In this document: positions 10,001 through 20,706 of the stretch, piece after piece | How the letters are laid out: each line of letters starts with the position of its first letter | How positions within the stretch are numbered: position 1 is the first letter of the stretch | Source of the DNA: Acidobacteriota bacterium | GTDB taxonomy: Bacteria; Acidobacteriota; UBA4820; DSQY01 | Reading direction: 5' to 3' | Assembly (NCBI GenBank): GCA_040758175.1 | Contig: JBFLVU010000002.1 | Location: forward strand, 1-39,834 | Length of the DNA stretch: 39,834 nucleotides | Notes under the pieces: model-generated | The model's database searches: none | Seen by the model: the letters and a program-made list of their open reading frames with translations, nothing else | Told to the model about the DNA's origin: nothing | Position numbers and translations under genes: made by a program

Positions 10001-10939
10001 GTGCCCGACGCCCACGCCTTCATGGCCAAGGGAAAGAGCCGGCCGGCCGCCTGGCTCCTGCACAACCCGGCGGCGCGGGGCGCCCCCGACCCCTTCATGC
10101 TCTCTCGCATCGCCCGAGAGCTGTCCCTCGCCGGGTTTCGCGTGGAAGCGGCCGCGTCGGATCGACCAGGCGCCGTGACGGAGCTGGCAAATCGTGCGGC
10201 CGCCGAGGGCGCCTCCAGGGTCGTGGTGTGCGGCGGGGACGGTACGGTTCGCGAGGCGGCCCAGGGGCTGGTCCACACCGGCGTCCCCCTCGGGATCGTG
10301 CCCCTGGGAACGGCCAACGTCCTAGCCCGGGAGCTTGGCCTTCCGCTGGTCCCCGGCCCGGCGGCGGTGGTGGCGTCCAGGGGCCCCGTGAGGACGGCCG
10401 CCGTTGGCCGCCTGGATTCGGGCGCCGTCTTCACCTTCTGCGCTTCGGCGGGGCTGGACGCCCTCGCCGTGGACCGGATCGACCTCCGGATGAAGACCCA
10501 GACGGGGGGATGGGCCTATGTCCATGCCGCCCTTCTCGCTCTCCTGGAGGAGGCCGTCCCCACCCTCCTGTTGGAGACGGAGGAAGGGAGGAGGGCGGAG
10601 GCCTCCCAGGTGCTCGTCCTTCGGGCGAGCCGCTACGGGGGCGACTTCCGCCTCTGTCCTGGCGCATCCGTCTTCGTCGATACGATGCGGGTCCTCGCCG
10701 TGGCGCCGCCTCTTCGCGCGCGCCTCATCCCTCTTCTGATGCAGGCCATGCTGGGGCGGGCCGAGACGGCCCCCGGCGTGCGGTCCTTCGAGACCAAGGC
10801 CCTGCGGATCAAGGCCCCCCGTGGGTTCCCCGTCCAGGCCGACGGGGACGTGGTGGGACGTCTTCCGGCGGAGATCCGCACCGATCCCGGTTCCCTCGCC
10901 CTCGTCGTTCCCAACGTGAAGGGAGCGCCGTCCCCTTGA
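10001..10939 (+). CDS. Diacylglycerol-kinase-family lipid kinase (YegS/BmrU-like)
   Basis: RVVVCGGDGTVREAAQGLVHTGVPLGIVPLGTANVLARELGLP is the DAGK catalytic-domain GGDGT / PxGTxN motif. GTG start at 10001; an alternative ATG lies at 10022. Confidence 0.8.
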   Translation: MPDAHAFMAKGKSRPAAWLLHNPAARGAPDPFMLSRIARELSLAGFRVEAAASDRPGAVTELANRAAAEGASRVVVCGGDGTVREAAQGLVHTGVPLGIVPLGTANVLARELGLPLVPGPAAVVASRGPVRTAAVGRLDSGAVFTFCASAGLDALAVDRIDLRMKTQTGGWAYVHAALLALLEEAVPTLLLETEEGRRAEASQVLVLRASRYGGDFRLCPGASVFVDTMRVLAVAPPLRARLIPLLMQAMLGRAETAPGVRSFETKALRIKAPRGFPVQADGDVVGRLPAEIRTDPGSLALVVPNVKGAPSP

Positions 10940-11027
10940 CCCCGGGAGTCTGCCCCTTCCGGCCCGACTCCCGGTCCTCCTTCCCTCTCCCCTCCTGGTC
11001 GATCATACTTGTCTCCGGGGAGGCCAC

Positions 11028-11666
11028 GTGTTCCGCCCGCCGCTGAAGGAGCCCAGGAAGTATCCCGCCCGCCTGACCTGGTGGCTTGGGTGGCTGGCCC
11101 TGGTGCCGCTTGCGGCGCCCGTTGCCGCCACCGCGGCGGCCTGCACGGCCCTCGTCAGCCACTTCCTGTGCACTCGACGCCCCGAGCGGTACACGGGGAA
11201 GACCTGGATCTGGTCCGGTTTGGGGCTGTGCATCCTGGGGCTGGTCCTCTTCTTCGCCGAGGGCCTCCTGTTCTTTTCGTGGAAACAGGACCAGCTGTAC
11301 GCCCAGAATCTGGCCGTTAGCCGGTTCCGCCTGACCCGAGTGGCCGAAGCCCTCGAGCGATATCGGGAGGAGGTGGGCCACTATCCGGAGGTATCGGGCA
11401 TTCACCGGCTCAGGGCGCTGCTCGAACCGAAGTTTGCGACCGACTGCCCGACCCGCGACGGCTTCGAAGGATCGATTTCGGCCTGGAGCCGTCCTGAGGG
11501 GTTTCGTCTGGAAGCCCGTTCGCCCCTTCGAAAGGACGGGACCGAGCCGGCCCCCCTGGTGGCCGAGGGCCACTTCCAGCCGGGCCCTTCCCCTCCCCCT
11601 CCTCCCCCGCCTCCGGTGGAGGAGGCACCGGCGGTCCCATCCACCTCAGCGGCCCCCCGAGAGTAG
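11028..11666 (+). CDS. Hypothetical 2-TM membrane protein with pseudopilin-like (GspG-type) motif and poly-proline tail
   Basis: GTG start preceded by GGGGAGG. High G/C at third codon positions throughout. Two hydrophobic helices ([28 protein letters not shown] and [24 protein letters not shown]), then [18 protein letters not shown], which resembles the GspG alpha-beta loop motif. Ends with [13 protein letters not shown]. Confidence 0.6.
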   Translation: MFRPPLKEPRKYPARLTWWLGWLALVPLAAPVAATAAACTALVSHFLCTRRPERYTGKTWIWSGLGLCILGLVLFFAEGLLFFSWKQDQLYAQNLAVSRFRLTRVAEALERYREEVGHYPEVSGIHRLRALLEPKFATDCPTRDGFEGSISAWSRPEGFRLEARSPLRKDGTEPAPLVAEGHFQPGPSPPPPPPPPVEEAPAVPSTSAAPRE

Positions 11667-13703
11667 CCGTGTCAACGCCTCGGGCGAGTCCACCGGGGGG
11701 AGGCAGGTCCCTCCCCGGCAGACGAAGGCCCTCACGCACTCCGAGGAATGCCTCCCGGAGAAAAGAGCAAGGGATTCCTCCTCCTCAAGCGAGAACTCTC
11801 CCCCCACGAGGGGGACGACGAGGGCACCCGGCGGGGAATCTCCCCTGGCCGCGGCCAGGAGTGCCTCCGTTGCCCCGTCCAGAGACGGCGATGAAACGAC
11901 CACCTCGACGGGCTCCGACGCCAGGTCGGATGCCAGTCCCGCCAGAAGGGGCGCGGACCCGGCCCGAAAGGCCAGCGCCCCACCTTCGGATGCGAGGAGC
12001 GAGTCCAGGAGGTCCCGGGCCTGCCGGCTTCCGGTAAGCCGGTGCCAGAACCAGAGGACCCTTCCATACGCGGAAACGGCGGAGGGAAGCACACCGTCGT
12101 CCGCATCGCGGACCGGCATCAGGAGGTAGGGGTCTCCGCCCTCCAGCGGCGCGTCGTACATGCGGCCGGTCTCGGGATGGCGGAAGGCCCGTTCCATTCG
12201 GGACAAGAGGGTCTGAACCCGCCGGAACCGACGGGATCTTCCCGTGAGAGCGAAGGCCTTCCATTCGGCGGCGGCCAAGTAGGCGTGGTCGGCGAGTTGT
12301 CCCGGAACCTTGGCCCTCCCCCCGTCCCAAACGTGAAATAGCTTCTCTCCGTCCCACGCGCGGGCCCAGGTCGAATCCAGGACGCGGAGACCCCGGGCCA
12401 GGAGTTCGGGACCCCCGGTGGCCGCGTATCCGTCCAGGAAGGCCTCCGCCGCCAGGGCGTTCCAGTCCGTGAGCACCTTTGTGTCGGCGCCCGGTGGAAC
12501 CCGGCCCTGCCTAGCCTTCCGGAGGGCATCAAGGGAGGCGCGAATGCGGCGACGGAACGGCGCGGGCTCCTCGCCCGTCCAGAGGCAAGCCTCTTCCCAT
12601 GGGACCCGGCGATGGAGGGTTCTCTCCTCCAGACCGGGACCGTCACCCAAACCGAAGAGGTCAGCCACCAAGCGACCCTCCTCCGGCCCGACCACCCGAA
12701 CCACTGCCTCCCGCGTCCAAAGGTAGTAGCGCCCTTCTTCCCCCTCCGAATCCGCGTCCAGGGCCGCGATGAAGCCCCCGCCCGTCTCCGAGAAGGTCCT
12801 TTCCAGGTCGTCCAAAACCTCCTGTGCCACCCTGGCGAACTCCTCCTCCCCCGTGAGGGCGAAGGCCTTGAAGTACAGGGATCCGAGCTGGGCGTTGTCG
12901 TAAAGCATCTTTTCGTAGTGGGGAACGTGCCAACGGCCGTCCACGCAGTACCGGTGGAAGCCCCCGCCAACCTGGTCCCGAATGCCCCCCGCCTCCATCT
13001 GGCGGAGGGTGAACAAGGCGCGCTCTCGCGGGAGGGTCTCCCGCCTCCTCGCCGCGGCGTCCAGGAGAAAGGTGAGAAGCGGCGGCTGAGGGAACTTGGG
13101 GCCCTCGCCGAACCCGCCTCGCTCGGGGTCCATGCGGGACAGGATCGCATCCAGGGCCAGGTCTTCGGCCCGAGGCCCGCCCGGTGACGCTCCTTCCGCG
13201 GGCTGAAAGGACCTCCCCACGGCCTCCGCCGCGGCTCCTGCGGAGGTCTCCACCTCGCTTCTCCGGGTCCTGAACGCCTCCAGCACGCCCCGGAGAACCT
13301 GCCCAAAGGAAGGGCGGCCCCATCCGGCTTCCGGAGGAAAGTACGTGCCCCCGTAGAAGGGCCGGAGGCTGGGGGTCAGGAAGGCCGTCAGGGGCCATCC
13401 GCCCTGTCCGGAGAGGATCTGGACGGCCCGCATGTAGAGGGCGTCCAGATCGGGCCTCTCCTCCCGGTCCACCTTGATGGAGACGAAGTGGTCGTTGAGG
13501 AACTGGGCGACGTGGGGGTTCTCGAAGGACTCGTGGGCCATCACGTGGCACCAGTGGCAGGCCGAGTATCCGATGGACAAGAAGACAGGCTTGTCCTCCG
13601 TCCGAGCCTTCTGGAGCGCCTCCTCACCCCAGGGATACCAATCCACGGGGTTTTCCGCGTGCTGTCTCAGGTAGGGGCTCGACTCAAGGGACAATCGGTT
13701 CAT
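11646..13703 (-). CDS. Thioredoxin-domain protein, DUF255 / YyaL (SSP411-like) family
   Basis: [87 protein letters not shown] is the hallmark DUF255 N-terminus. It is followed by a long alpha-toroid-type region; 685 aa is the typical length. Confidence 0.9.
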   Translation of the reverse strand: MNRLSLESSPYLRQHAENPVDWYPWGEEALQKARTEDKPVFLSIGYSACHWCHVMAHESFENPHVAQFLNDHFVSIKVDREERPDLDALYMRAVQILSGQGGWPLTAFLTPSLRPFYGGTYFPPEAGWGRPSFGQVLRGVLEAFRTRRSEVETSAGAAAEAVGRSFQPAEGASPGGPRAEDLALDAILSRMDPERGGFGEGPKFPQPPLLTFLLDAAARRRETLPRERALFTLRQMEAGGIRDQVGGGFHRYCVDGRWHVPHYEKMLYDNAQLGSLYFKAFALTGEEEFARVAQEVLDDLERTFSETGGGFIAALDADSEGEEGRYYLWTREAVVRVVGPEEGRLVADLFGLGDGPGLEERTLHRRVPWEEACLWTGEEPAPFRRRIRASLDALRKARQGRVPPGADTKVLTDWNALAAEAFLDGYAATGGPELLARGLRVLDSTWARAWDGEKLFHVWDGGRAKVPGQLADHAYLAAAEWKAFALTGRSRRFRRVQTLLSRMERAFRHPETGRMYDAPLEGGDPYLLMPVRDADDGVLPSAVSAYGRVLWFWHRLTGSRQARDLLDSLLASEGGALAFRAGSAPLLAGLASDLASEPVEVVVSSPSLDGATEALLAAARGDSPPGALVVPLVGGEFSLEEEESLALFSGRHSSECVRAFVCRGGTCLPPVDSPEALTRLLSGGR

Positions 13704-13852
13704 GGGCGCCTCCGGAGCCTATTGCAACGGCTCGCGGCCGAGCGGTAATTCCTGGACGGGACCTGACGGTGGTTTCCGCGGCACCATTCGGCGGGGCGGG
13801 GCCCGCTCCACGACTTCCTCCCGATGCCAGACCTTGGAGCCGGCGTCGCAGG

Positions 13853-15430
13853 TCAACGGGCCCGGGCCCACGAGTCCACGACACGAAGGGCGTCCACGGC
13901 GGAGGAGACGATCCCGCCGGACCAGCCCGCGCCCTCGCCGGCGAGGAGGAGCCCCGGGAACCCGACAGGTTCCGCCGAGTCGCTCCGTACGACCTGCATG
14001 GGACTGGAAGTGCGGGTTTCGGGCGCCAGGAGTACGCCTCGTTCCACGAAGCCCGGCATCACTCTGTCGAAGCGCGACAGGGCCCGAAGTAAGGGCCCCT
14101 CCACCCACTCGGGAAAGAAGCCGCGCAGATTGGCGCTCCGGGTCCCGGGACGAAAGGAGGTCTTCAGCGGGCGCGGATCCGCACGGTTCTCCAGGAAGGC
14201 CGGCGCCGACTGGGCGGGAGCCCTGAAGCCTCCCCCCCCGAGTTCGTATCCCCGCGCCTCCAAGTCCTCCTGGAAGACAAGCCCTTTCAAGGGATCGGCG
14301 CCGAAGTCCTCGGGGCGCACGGTGACCACGATACCGGCGTTGGCGAAGCCGGACGCCCGGTGAGACATGCTCATCCCGTTGGTCACCAGGCGCCCCGCCT
14401 CGGAGGCCGAATTGACGACGAGGCCTCCGGGGCACATGCAGAAAGAGTAGACTCCTCGCCCCGTCTCCTCGTCCTTGTAAGTGAGGAAGTACTCCGCCGG
14501 CGTCAGGTCGGGGTGGCCGGCAAACCTCCCATACTGCCGGCGGTCCACCCAATCCTGGGGGTGCTCCGCCCGCACCCCTACGGCGAATCCCTTGGCCCGG
14601 AAGGGCACGCCCAGGGAAACGAGGCGGCGGACGATGCCGCGGGAGGAGTGGCCGACGGCGAGGAGCACGACATCGGCGTCCAGGGCCCCGTCTGGGGTGG
14701 AAAGCCTCCAGCCCCCTCGCCGGGGGACCAGGTCAAGGACCGGGCGGCGGAAGTGGAAGAGCGCTCCGAGCCCTTCGATCTGCGCGCGCATGGACCGGAC
14801 CACCCGCCTCACCCCGTCGGTTCCCAGGTGCGGATGGGCCTCCTCCAGAATGGACTCGGGAGCCCCGGCCTCCGCAAACCGCCTCAGGACATCGCGGGAG
14901 AGGGGGTCCTTGATGCGGCTCGTCAGTTTCCCGTCCGAAAATGTGCCCGCTCCGCCTTCCCCGAACTGCACGTTCGCATCGGGGTGGAGATCCCCCGCCC
15001 GCCACAGCCCGGCCACGGCGGATACCCGGCCCTCCAGCGGCGGTCCCTGCTCCAAGACCGTCACGGAGGCCCCGCGCAGGGCGAGGGCTTCGGCGCCGAA
15101 GAGCCCCGAGGGCCCCGTTCCCACCACCACGGCCCGAACCCCTCCTAGGTTCCGGGCCGGCGCCTCGGAGGCGGCCGGACGATCGGGGACGGGCCCGAGC
15201 CGGAGACCGCCCGCGCTTCTGGTGGCGCGGTCGCGCATCTCCAGGTCGAGCGTGAACACCCAGGCGGGGACCTGCCGCCCCTTCCTGGCGTCCAGGGATT
15301 TCCGCACAACCCGGAGGACCGAAAGGGATTCGATTCGGATGCCCAAGGCTTCCGCCGCGAGGCGCCGGAGGGCCTCCTCGTCGGCAGGGCTCCCGAGAGG
15401 GACCTCCAGTCCCCACAGCCGGTTCTTCAT
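13853..15430 (-). CDS. NAD(P)/FAD-dependent oxidoreductase (COG2509-type uncharacterised flavoprotein)
   Basis: N-terminal small domain LSVLRVVRKSLDARKGRQVPAWVFTLDLE, then the dinucleotide-binding motif VVVGTGPSGLFGAEALALRGASVTVLEQG, then ...FCMCPGGLVVNSASE.... Architecture matches the COG2509 family. Confidence 0.85.
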   Translation of the reverse strand: MKNRLWGLEVPLGSPADEEALRRLAAEALGIRIESLSVLRVVRKSLDARKGRQVPAWVFTLDLEMRDRATRSAGGLRLGPVPDRPAASEAPARNLGGVRAVVVGTGPSGLFGAEALALRGASVTVLEQGPPLEGRVSAVAGLWRAGDLHPDANVQFGEGGAGTFSDGKLTSRIKDPLSRDVLRRFAEAGAPESILEEAHPHLGTDGVRRVVRSMRAQIEGLGALFHFRRPVLDLVPRRGGWRLSTPDGALDADVVLLAVGHSSRGIVRRLVSLGVPFRAKGFAVGVRAEHPQDWVDRRQYGRFAGHPDLTPAEYFLTYKDEETGRGVYSFCMCPGGLVVNSASEAGRLVTNGMSMSHRASGFANAGIVVTVRPEDFGADPLKGLVFQEDLEARGYELGGGGFRAPAQSAPAFLENRADPRPLKTSFRPGTRSANLRGFFPEWVEGPLLRALSRFDRVMPGFVERGVLLAPETRTSSPMQVVRSDSAEPVGFPGLLLAGEGAGWSGGIVSSAVDALRVVDSWARAR

Positions 15431-15505
15431 GGGCTTCCCATGGCCATTTCCCCGGGGTGCGACGTCAGAGCCGAGGGCGCCTGCGCCCGTCCCGAACGAG
15501 GGGGG

Positions 15506-16927
15506 TCAGAACCGGTCGGCCTCACCCAGGGCCTTCATCCCGGCCTCGATGAAGGCGTCGAGCTCGTTCCTGTCCGTCACTTCGCAGTAGACCCGAAGGG
15601 AAGGCTCCGTCCCCGACTGTCGGAAGAGGATCCATGAGCCGTCCGAGAGTCTCAGCTTGAGCCCGTCCAAGGTGTCCGCCTCAACAACCTTTCGCCCCGC
15701 GAAGGACTTCGGAGGTTTCTGGGACAATCGAGCCACTTGACGCAGGCCCTTGTCGGGAGAAACGGGGAAATCCCGTCTGCGGAAATGGAACTCGCCGAAC
15801 CTCTCGTGAAGGTCTTTGAGGAGTTCCAGGCTAGTCTTCCCGCGCTTTACCATCATCTCCAGGACCAGGAGGTTGATCATCACTCCGTCCCGCTCGGGCA
15901 GGAATCCCTGGATCGTGATGCCGCCGCTCTCCTCTCCTCCGATGAGGAGGTCCTGCTCCTGCATGAGTTCGGCGATGTGCTTGAAGCCCACCGGCCGGTT
16001 GGCGTAGGGAAGGCCGAAGGCTTCGGCGATGCGCTGGAGGTAAAGGGTATTGGCGTTCGTGGCCGCCACGAGCCCCCTCTGTTTCCGGTGCTCCGCGAGG
16101 TACAGCGTCAGGAGGGCGATCACTTCGAGGGGGGTGAAGATGGATCCGTCCCCGTGGACGGCCCCGGAGCGGTCCGCGTCACCGTCCGTGGCCAGGCCCA
16201 CGGCGGCGCCCTGTGCGAGGACGGCCTCCTGAAGGAGGTCGAGGTACTCCTCCTTCGGCTCCGGGGCCCTCAACCCGAAGAGGGGATCTCTCTCCCACCG
16301 CAGGGTCGTGACCCGGCACGACGGGCTGGCGGCACACCGCTCCAGGCGCCGCTCCCCCACGCCGTTCATCGAATCCACGACCACCTGGAGATCGGCGCCT
16401 CGGATGGCCTCGATGTCCACCAGGGACTCGACCAAGGCGTCGTAGCCCTCGTCGAGGGGGGTTTCCACGATGCGGCCCAGGTTCTTCGCCTCCCGGTAGG
16501 CCATGCGCTTGGGGGGCGTCTTCCCGAGCAGGGACTCGATCCGCGCCGTGGTCTGGGGGAGGGCGCTGCCGCCGAAGCGTTCTTTCAGCTTGAAGCCGTT
16601 GTAGGTGTATGGGTTGTGGCTCGCCGTGATGACGATCCCCAGGGGAAGGCCCTGCCGCTGGACGAAGTAGGACACGTGCGGCGTCGGACAGGCCCTCGGG
16701 CTCAGGTAGACCGTCACGCCGTTGCCCGCCAGAACCTCCGCCGCCGCCCGGGCGAAGTCCTCCGAAAGGAAGCGGAAGTCGTACCCGATGGCCACCCGCC
16801 TGTCCTCCGCCGCCTCGGCCAGATGGTCCGCCACGGCCTGCGCACAGAGCCGCACGTTCGCGAAGGTGAAGTCCTCGGCGATGACGGCGCGCCAGCCGTC
16901 GGTTCCAAAGCGGATCTTCGCGCTCAA
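15506..16927 (-). CDS. Phosphoglucomutase/phosphomannomutase family protein
   Basis: TTG start at 16927 with GAGAGGTG 5 nt upstream. MSAKIRFGTDGWRAVIAEDFT..., active-site loop ITASHNPYTYNGFKLK, metal-binding loop ATDGDADR and sugar-binding GGEESGG are all present. Confidence 0.9.
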   Translation of the reverse strand: MSAKIRFGTDGWRAVIAEDFTFANVRLCAQAVADHLAEAAEDRRVAIGYDFRFLSEDFARAAAEVLAGNGVTVYLSPRACPTPHVSYFVQRQGLPLGIVITASHNPYTYNGFKLKERFGGSALPQTTARIESLLGKTPPKRMAYREAKNLGRIVETPLDEGYDALVESLVDIEAIRGADLQVVVDSMNGVGERRLERCAASPSCRVTTLRWERDPLFGLRAPEPKEEYLDLLQEAVLAQGAAVGLATDGDADRSGAVHGDGSIFTPLEVIALLTLYLAEHRKQRGLVAATNANTLYLQRIAEAFGLPYANRPVGFKHIAELMQEQDLLIGGEESGGITIQGFLPERDGVMINLLVLEMMVKRGKTSLELLKDLHERFGEFHFRRRDFPVSPDKGLRQVARLSQKPPKSFAGRKVVEADTLDGLKLRLSDGSWILFRQSGTEPSLRVYCEVTDRNELDAFIEAGMKALGEADRF

Positions 16928-17013
16928 ATCGCACCTCTCTTCGGGTTCTTCTCGTTCACAGGCGTGACCGTCCCTCCCGGATTCCTACCGGAAGCCCGCC
17001 GCGGCTCCACCCC

Positions 17014-18207
17014 TCACAGATCCACCTGCCGGAGGAAGACGTCCGCCTCCTCCGTTACTGGATCCCACATGTCCAGGACCTCGCCCGCATCCAGCGTGGA
17101 CAGGGCCCTGTCCCTTCGCCCCGAGGCGGAGAGGCCTCGGAAGAGACCCTCTTCTGCCTCGGCGTCCACCGAAGGATCCATCATCCGCAAGCGCTCGAGG
17201 GCCTCGCGCCCCTTGGTCCACCACCCCCTGGCCAGCAGGATGCGCGCCCTCAGCCGCAGGGCGGGCACAGACTCGGGGGCGTTGGCCAACAATTGGTCCA
17301 GCCGTCCCTCCGCCGCGGCGATCCGGCCGTCCCGAAGGTGGACCAGGGCGAGCAGGAAGAGGGCGGCGGCGCTTTCCTCGAGGGAGAGGGACTGCTCGGC
17401 CCGCTTCCGGCAGGCCTTCCAATCGCCGCAAAGGCCCTCGGCGAGGGCCAGGAGACTGAGGGTCGAAGCGTCCTCCCGGCCCTTCTTTTGGAGGCCTCCC
17501 AGCGCCTTTCTCGCCTCCGCGTTCCGTCCCTCCATGAGGCCCAGGAGACCCCACGACCTGAGGGCACCGGCGGAGGGTTCCCGTCCGGCAAGCGCCAGGT
17601 CCAGGTGGCGCCGGGCCCGCGGGAGGTCCTTGAGGCCCAGGTACATTTCACCCAGGAAGGCGTGGAGCGGGCCATTGGCCGGATCCAGCGTGGCCGCCTC
17701 CTCCAGGGCCAAGGCGCCCGGGGCGGCCTCCAGGTTGAACAGGTGGTCCTCGGCGGCCAGGATACGCTCCTCGAACCTGCGCCGGTTCTTGCCCCCGAAG
17801 GCCGAGAGGATCTGGGCCTTGGCCTCCAGAAACCTCTCTTTGCGGGTGATTCCGCCAAGGTTGTCGAGGGTCCTCTGGCGCCACCGAACGTGGAATTCCG
17901 AGGCCGCCAGAAGCCCCCGCTCCCGGAGCATCCGGACCAGCACGTGGATCCCCGCCCGCGTCACCATCACGTTTCTCTCAAGGAAATCGAGGGCCTGCAC
18001 GAGGAGGTCCACGTCCTCGGACGATCGGTGCGCCTGCTTCTCCACCGTGGAGATCTTGTCGATGACGTATTCTTCGATGCCGAGGAGGGACTGCAGGTCT
18101 CCGCCTTCGCCGGAACGCTCCTGCCGCACCACGAGAAGGGGCGCCTTGCAGTACCGGCACCGCTCCGCCTCCGGCTTGTTCCGTTTCCCGCAGCGTTGAC
18201 AGTACAT
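17014..18207 (-). CDS. Zinc-ribbon plus TPR-repeat protein, 397 aa
   Basis: Trimmed from 18384 to the ATG at 18207. MYCQRCGKRNKPEAERCRYCKAPL is a CxxC-N10-CxxC zinc ribbon. The C-terminal half has TPR-like repeats (AFLGEMYLGLKDLPRARRHLDLAL, GLLGLMEGRNAEARKAL, etc.). Confidence 0.7.
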   Translation of the reverse strand: MYCQRCGKRNKPEAERCRYCKAPLLVVRQERSGEGGDLQSLLGIEEYVIDKISTVEKQAHRSSEDVDLLVQALDFLERNVMVTRAGIHVLVRMLRERGLLAASEFHVRWRQRTLDNLGGITRKERFLEAKAQILSAFGGKNRRRFEERILAAEDHLFNLEAAPGALALEEAATLDPANGPLHAFLGEMYLGLKDLPRARRHLDLALAGREPSAGALRSWGLLGLMEGRNAEARKALGGLQKKGREDASTLSLLALAEGLCGDWKACRKRAEQSLSLEESAAALFLLALVHLRDGRIAAAEGRLDQLLANAPESVPALRLRARILLARGWWTKGREALERLRMMDPSVDAEAEEGLFRGLSASGRRDRALSTLDAGEVLDMWDPVTEEADVFLRQVDL

Positions 18208-18251
18208 TATCCGTCCCGGCTCCTTTCCGATACCCCGGCCGCCGCCTCTCC

Positions 18252-19100
18252 CTAGTACTTGTAAAACCCGCGTCCCGACTTTCGTCCCAGGAAGCCCGCG
18301 TCCACCATCTTGACCAGAAGCGGGCAAGGGCGATACTTGGGGTCGCCCAAGCCCTCGTGGAGCACGTTCAGGATGAACAGGCACGTGTCGAGGCCGATGA
18401 GGTCGGCCAGCGTGAGGGGGCCCATGGGGTGGTTCATGCCGAGCTTCATGACGGTGTCGATGGCCTCGGGAGTGCCCACGCCCTCCATGAGGCAGTACAC
18501 GGCCTCGTTGATCATGGGCATGAGGACGCGGTTGCTGACGAACCCCGGATAGTCGTTCACCTCGACGGGCACTTTTCCCATCTTCTTCGCCAAATCCATC
18601 ACGCCGGCGAGGACCGAATCCTCCGTCGCGATGCCCCGGATCACTTCAACGAGCTGCATGACCGGGACGGGGTTCATGAAGTGCATCCCGATGACCCGGC
18701 CCGCCCTGCCCGTAACGGCCGCCAGCTTGGTGATGGAAATGGAGGAGGTGTTGCTGGCAAGCACGGCTTCCGGCCCCAACACCTTGTCCAGCGCTTGAAA
18801 GATGGCTCGCTTCACTTCGAAGTTCTCGACGACCGCCTCGACGACGATCTGGCAGGGAGCCAGGTCCGACGGATTCGTCGTAGTACGAATCCGGCCGAGA
18901 ACGGCCGCCTTCTCCTCCGGGCTCATCTTCCCCTTGTCCACGCCCCGCTGGAGGTTCTTGTCGATGCTCTTCACCGCCTTCTGGCAAAGCGCCTCGTTCA
19001 CCTCGCACAGGAGGACCTCAAAGCCCGTCTGGGCGGCCACGTGGGCGATCCCGTTCCCCATGGTTCCGCCCCCCACCACGCCGAACACTTTTACATCCAT
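18252..19100 (-). CDS. hbd: 3-hydroxybutyryl-CoA / 3-hydroxyacyl-CoA dehydrogenase (NAD-binding)
   Basis: [35 protein letters not shown] (Rossmann GxGxxG), ...[11 protein letters not shown]..., [15 protein letters not shown] and [16 protein letters not shown] are canonical Hbd/HADH motifs. 282 aa. Confidence 0.9.
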   Translation of the reverse strand: MDVKVFGVVGGGTMGNGIAHVAAQTGFEVLLCEVNEALCQKAVKSIDKNLQRGVDKGKMSPEEKAAVLGRIRTTTNPSDLAPCQIVVEAVVENFEVKRAIFQALDKVLGPEAVLASNTSSISITKLAAVTGRAGRVIGMHFMNPVPVMQLVEVIRGIATEDSVLAGVMDLAKKMGKVPVEVNDYPGFVSNRVLMPMINEAVYCLMEGVGTPEAIDTVMKLGMNHPMGPLTLADLIGLDTCLFILNVLHEGLGDPKYRPCPLLVKMVDAGFLGRKSGRGFYKY

Positions 19101-19161
19101 GGTGATCTCTCCTTCCGCACCGCGTTCCGCCCGGCCTCCTATTTTCCGGCCGGGGCCGTCC

Positions 19162-20706
19162 CTATTCCAACACCACGCCGCCCCTCGCCGCCAGCTCGCA
19201 AAGGCGCCCTTCCTCGATCCAGCCGGCGAGAGATTCCAGCTCCGGCTGGATGTAGCGGTCTCGCTCCACCGCCGGGAAGGCCGCCCGGAGCGATGCGAGG
19301 ACCGGCCGCAGGGGCTGGGCCGGCTCCAGGGGCGCGAGGAACCCCATGCCCTGAGTCGCCGAGCGCACCTCCGCGGCCAAGACCTTCGCGGCGTTGCGGG
19401 CCACCAGGAGGGCCTTCCGAGCCGCCCAGAATCCCATGGAGACGTGATCCTCCTGACCCGCGGACGTGGGGATCGAATCCACGCTGGCCGGGTGGCTCAG
19501 CGTCTTGCACTCGGAGACCAGGGCGGCGGCGGTGACTTGGACCATCATGAAGCCGGAGTTTAGGCCCCCCTCGCGGACGAGGAAGTCGGGGAGCCCGGAG
19601 AATCTCCCGTCCACGAGCCGGGCGCACCGTCTCTCGCTGATGCTCGCCAAGTCGGTCAAAGCGGCAGAGAGGAGGTCCGCGGCCAGGGCCGCGGGGGCAC
19701 CGTGGAAGTTCCCTCCGGAGAGGATTTCCCCGTCCCCCGCGAAGATCATCGGGTTGTCCGTGGCGGCGTTCATCTCCACGGCAAGGACCCGCTCCACGTA
19801 GCCTACGGCGTCCCTCACCGCCCCGTGAACCTGCGGCATGCAGCGCAGGGAATACGCGTCCTGGACCTTTCCGCACTCCGAGTGGCTCCGCGAAACGGGG
19901 CTGTCCTCGAGGAGCCTCCACAGGTTCCGCGCGCTCGCCACTTGTCCCGGGTGGGGTCGCTCTGCGTGGACCCGGGGATCGAAGGCCCTCCGCGTGCCTC
20001 GCAGCGTCTCGAGGCTTAGGGCGCCCGCCACATCGGCCTCCTTGACCAGCCTGCGCGCCAGGGAGGCCGCCAGCGCGAGGAGGGCCGTCATCCCCTGCGT
20101 CCCGTTGATGAGGGCCAAGCCCTCCTTGGCCTGGAGAACGACGGGAGCGAGTCCCGCGCGGCCCAGGACCTCGGCCGCGGGCCCCGTCCCGCAGCCTCCT
20201 CGGACCGTGCCTTCTCCCATGAGGGCGAGGGCCACGTGGGCCAGCGGCGCAAGGTCCCCCGATGCCCCCACGCTCCCCTGGCACGGCACCAACGGCACGA
20301 TGTCCGCGTTCAACATAGCCGCTAGGGCCTGCAGCGTCTCGGCCCTGACCCCAGACCGGCCCCGGAGAAGGCAATTGATCCGGAGGGCCATGATGGCCCT
20401 CACGACATCGTCTGGAAGCGGCTCCCCCACTCCCACGGCGTGGGACCGGATAAGGTTTTTCTGAAGGTCCTCCACGCGGTCGCGCGGGATGGTGACGGTG
20501 GCGAAGTGGCCGAACCCCGTGGTGATTCCGTATGCGACCCGCCCCTCGTCCACGGCCTTCCGGACAAAGACCTCGCTCCCATCGACCTCGTCGAGGGCCT
20601 GGCGTGACAGAGAGACCGTCGCACCCCGGGCGACGGCCTCCAGGCCCTCAAGGGTCAGCGTACGTCCGTCGAGGGGCACGGAGGGGTGTCCCGCTTCGTT
20701 CATCAT
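19162..20706 (-). CDS. hutH: Histidine ammonia-lyase (MIO-dependent aromatic amino-acid lyase family)
   Basis: Trimmed from 21078 to the ATGATG at 20706/20703. [13 protein letters not shown] and the MIO-forming [14 protein letters not shown] are present. [13 protein letters not shown] carries the Ser-His pair that, as I recall, marks HAL rather than PAL/TAL. ~514 aa. Confidence 0.9.
   Translation of the reverse strand: MMNEAGHPSVPLDGRTLTLEGLEAVARGATVSLSRQALDEVDGSEVFVRKAVDEGRVAYGITTGFGHFATVTIPRDRVEDLQKNLIRSHAVGVGEPLPDDVVRAIMALRINCLLRGRSGVRAETLQALAAMLNADIVPLVPCQGSVGASGDLAPLAHVALALMGEGTVRGGCGTGPAAEVLGRAGLAPVVLQAKEGLALINGTQGMTALLALAASLARRLVKEADVAGALSLETLRGTRRAFDPRVHAERPHPGQVASARNLWRLLEDSPVSRSHSECGKVQDAYSLRCMPQVHGAVRDAVGYVERVLAVEMNAATDNPMIFAGDGEILSGGNFHGAPAALAADLLSAALTDLASISERRCARLVDGRFSGLPDFLVREGGLNSGFMMVQVTAAALVSECKTLSHPASVDSIPTSAGQEDHVSMGFWAARKALLVARNAAKVLAAEVRSATQGMGFLAPLEPAQPLRPVLASLRAAFPAVERDRYIQPELESLAGWIEEGRLCELAARGGVVLE

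Noticed and set aside
15455-15485. Palindrome GGGCGC-AG-GCGCCC downstream of the pgm stop, considered as a terminator
   Set aside because: The loop is too small, no U-tract follows, and the next gene starts within ~75 nt on the same strand. Read-through is more likely.
15737-18199. 820-aa plus-strand ORF. Similar very long ORFs lie at 5966..7765(+), 23816..26023(+), 29943..32021(+), 34081..36615(+), 36384..38288(+), 1230..2405(+), 19139..20374(-), 25924..27705(-) and 36430..38175(-)
   Set aside because: All lie opposite to, or out of frame with, genes that have strong family signatures (pgm, MCP::SBP, ABC exporters, secretin, gspE, gspF, hutH). The translations are R/G/P/A/E-rich low-complexity sequence. 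Long stop-free alternative frames are expected at this GC content.
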